DNA from: Eledone cirrhosa
Lineage: Eukaryota
Length of the DNA stretch: 64,000 nucleotides
Direction of reading: 5' to 3'
Assembly (NCBI GenBank): GCA_964016885.1
Contig: OZ024742.1
Location: forward strand, 53,754,001 to 53,818,000
Position 1 is the first letter of the stretch. Each line of letters starts with the position of its first letter. A model generated the notes under the pieces. It saw only the letters and a program-made list of their open reading frames with translations, was not told the origin of the DNA and ran no database searches. Made by a program: the position numbers and the translations under genes. Below are positions 60,600 through 64,000 of the stretch, piece after piece.

Positions 60600-62812
60600 T
60601 ATAATAATAATGATACTATTTATAGTTATGTATACTATACTATAAACAACTATAAACAGGAAAGGTCAGTAATTTATTACTACCGTATTACCAGTAAGAG
60701 AAATAGCTCAATGTAAGAACATCAGGTGTTTTACAGAGCAGGAATATAAATTACACAAATTTCAAAGTTATGTTCAAATCATTTAATCGCTGACAATTGT
60801 TTCTTCCAAACGTTCGTTTGGGGTCATCGGAGCATTATCAATGTTTGTAGATATAATTAACCTCCTATTCAACTGAACAATCATATAGATACATATATAT
60901 TGATGTTGTGAACAACAGTTTAGTATTTACAGGGTGCAATCGATGCGACATATATTATACGAGGATTGTACAATAATTCAAATTCAAATTAAAAGCACAG
61001 ATAATACAAGAGAATAGTCTAATAATTAAAGAGGCATTGAGAAAGAAGTACATATTCAAGCGTGTAGAGATTGCACATGCGTTAGTCATATATATGAGAA
61101 GGAAACAAGCAAGGGTATTAGGCATATATGAATACTGTATGGCAAGGTATTACATAAAATACAAGCACTTTAAGCGAATATGTTAGTGTGTTATGGAGAA
61201 TGTAATGCGATGATAGTTTCTGTAGAGTTCAAATTTGTATGTGTGGAGAATATGAAAGTTATTGATTTCCCATCCATTACATATGTTAAATTATATTTTA
61301 GTTAATGTTTGTATTGAATGTTTTTAGTTAGTTATAGTAATGGATTGTAAATTGGTTTTATTGTATTCATATTCATGGATTAGAGTTGTTCTACAGCGAG
61401 ATTTTCCAACGGTTTAATATCCGGAAGTGGATATGAGATCCAAAATTAAGGGGAGCTAATGCGTAAGGGGAGGTAACTAGCTCATTAAATTATTTAAATT
61501 CTTTGCTCTAATAGACATTATATAGTGTCACAGTTGAATCCCTTTTATATAATATTATATATTTATATTTAATTATTTTAAATACAGTCTACTCTCTCAT
61601 AATATATAATAAGGGTTTCATTAGATTGTTATCTACCCAATACTAGGAAAGATATGGTATAATGTATAGCTGTTTACATGTCCAATTAGATAAATCCCTT
61701 ATGTTAATAATTTAATCCTTTATATACAATGTTATTAATTTATCCATTTAATTATAAATGTATATATAATTCATTGTCACATATTACATTTAATGTCTTT
61801 ACATATTATATATCCATTACTGTGTATATTATAAATAATCTAAAGTAGTTATATTAAAAGGTGGTGACTATATGTTTATTTCTAATAGTTATTGTAGAGT
61901 ATAATGTTTGAGATAAATAGGAGTTGTGTAGAGGAAAGAGCAGAACAAAGAGTGTGATGCTGTGGGGGAAGACAATTCTTAGAGGTGAATTGTTAATGGT
62001 GGTGAGGAATTCAAATCTGACATTGTTATATACTAGCGGCTAGGTTTAGAGTTATGGAATGAGTGTGGTAGTGGTACTGGCATGAGGAAAACACCTCTGA
62101 CTTTTTATTTAGGAGGTTTAGTTTCGAAAAGATTATACTAGGGATCTCTAGAAGACAGAGGTTACATAATTTATTCGGTGGTTTATACGATGTAGCCCTA
62201 CCTACTACTTACCATTGAAGTGTATATGGTATATTCCTAGTTTTCAGAGAGTGTATGTAGCTAGAGTATGAAGTGGAGTTGGCTAGATTGTGTCTTTTGA
62301 AAGAATGGAGGTCCGAGTTGTATCTCGTCTTGAAGCAGTTCGAAGTAGAGCCAATATATGTTTTAGAAGAGTTGTTTGTGTTGACCGTGCAGGAGTAAAT
62401 GATGTCTTTGATTAAGCAAGTATTACCTAATGGGCAAGTTCTATTTGATCTACAGTTACATTTATTTTGGATGTTAGCTTGCAGGTTACTATGTTGTGTT
62501 TAAGTCTGGTTGCTTTGGATAACATTAGGGTAACGATGGTTGTCGTTCCTATTGTTATTGATTTCATTGGTGCTATTACCATTATTACTATTGCTACTAC
62601 GGTTTGTAGGTACTATGTTGTTCTGTACGTTTAACTCCTGCTGTGTTTTAATTAGTTGGAAATAATTATTAATCTTCCTTTTATTACTACTAGCTATATG
62701 GTATGCGATGTTAGGTGTGGTAGAGTAAGAGATTTTAATGGTATCTTTATTTATAAGATTATGGTATTTGTGGACCGATGGGAAGTTTTTTTCCAGGATT
62801 GAGAAGAAAGCC
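60600..62812 (-). mobile_element. Degenerate PLE (third Hydra-like family): GIY-YIG remnant plus long 3' region with HHR at 60789-60833
   Basis: KNFPSVHKYHNLINKDTIKISYSTTPN, CNCRSNRTCPLGNTC..IIYSC..TYIGST. HHR gct|CCGATGA|..ccaaac-gaac-gtttgg..|GAAA|CAATTG|TC|agc. Confidence 0.78.
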
Positions 62813-62813
62813 T

Positions 62814-62829
<16 letters not shown>

Positions 62830-62851
<22 letters not shown>

Positions 62852-64000
62852 TGTATACAGACGTACAGTAGTATGTATATATATATATACATACATGCAC
62901 ACATATATATATGTACGTATGGACTCACCGAACATTTATTATAATGCTCGGTGTGTTTGTAAACAAACATCCCATATTAAGCCGTAGTGTCCAGCAACCA
63001 TGTTGCTCGTTTGTTCAACACTGACAAAGGAACGCTGTACTAGTTTCAAGCTTATTAGCTATCGTTAGCAACGTATACCTTCCTGCCAGATGATTGAACG
63101 TCTGAAAGTATATACTTTCCTTATGCATATTAACGGCTGAGTAGCCCAATTTGCATATCGGGTGGGTTAATCGGCCGGGTGCACCGAAAACGATAAACGG
63201 AAAAAATGAAACGAAATTTCATTTCCCACTCTTAGTACGGCTGTTACTTAAATATAAATATGTACACGTACATACATATATGTATACATACGTACAGTAG
63301 TATGTATATATATATACATACATGCACACATGACACATATATATATGTACGTATGGATTCACTGAACATTTATTATAATGCTCGGTGTGTTTGTAAACAA
63401 ACATCCCGAATTAAGCCATACAGTGTCTAGCAACCATCGTTGCTCATTTGTTCAACCCTGACAAAGGAACGCTGTACTAGTTTCAAGCTTATTAGCTATC
63501 GTCAGCAACGTATACCTTCCTGCCAGATGATTAAACGTCTGAAAGTATATACTTTCCTTATGCATATTAACGGCTGAGCAGCCCAACTTGCATATCGAGT
63601 GAGTTAATCGGCCGGGGTACCGAAAACGATAAACGGAAAAAAATGAAACGAAACTTCATTTCTCACTCTTAGTACGGCTGTTACTTAAATATAAGTATGT
63701 ATACGTACATACATATATGTATACAGACGTACAGTAGTATGTATATATATATACATACATGCACACATATATATATGTACGTATGGATTCACCGAACATT
63801 TATTATAATGCTCGGTGTGTTTGTAAACAAACATCCCGAATTAAGCCGTAGTGTCTAGCAACCATCGTTGCTCGTTTGTTCAACCCTGACAAAGGAACGC
63901 TGTACTAGTTTCAATTAACTCACGACGATTAACTCACTCGATATGCAAGTGGGGCTGCTCAGCCGTTAATATGCATAAGGAAAGTATATACTTTCAGACG
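62830..64000. mobile_element. HHR family C tandem array: ~2.5 monomers of 428-437 bp, then an inverted copy from about 63915
   Basis: cgctgtactagtttc at 63033, 63470 and 63898. Intact minus-strand HHR at 63470-63510: cgttg|CTGACGA|tagct-aata-agctt|GAAA|CTAG|TA|cagcg. Confidence 0.88.

Overview
AT-rich animal genomic DNA that is almost entirely repetitive. The dense (TA)n/(CA)n microsatellites and SINE content suggest an octopus-like cephalopod (inference, no database search). No intact host gene is visible; nearly all short ORFs in the track are microsatellite or antisense artefacts. Recognisable elements are a near full-length R4/Dong-type non-LTR retrotransposon with one frameshift (52.9-56.8 kb), a second R4-type remnant, a degenerate RepHel Helitron (9.7-15.9 kb), several families of Penelope-like elements (PLEs; RT/GIY-YIG remnants), a mariner relic, an RTE relic and many tRNA-derived SINEs. 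The main hidden signal is about 20 type I hammerhead ribozyme (HHR) motifs from roughly ten families, read by eye. Several sit in non-coding 430-560 bp monomers present as tandem or one-and-a-bit copies inside (TA)n (retrozyme-like). Three diverged monomer types share an octamer-TATA-HHR module with near-constant spacing. Three unrelated families have a compensated U3:A8 core and one has a CAGAAGA core. Many insertions are head-to-head fold-backs, including a 1607-bp-arm palindrome. A possible decayed Ly6/three-finger-like host gene lies on the minus strand at 32-35 kb.
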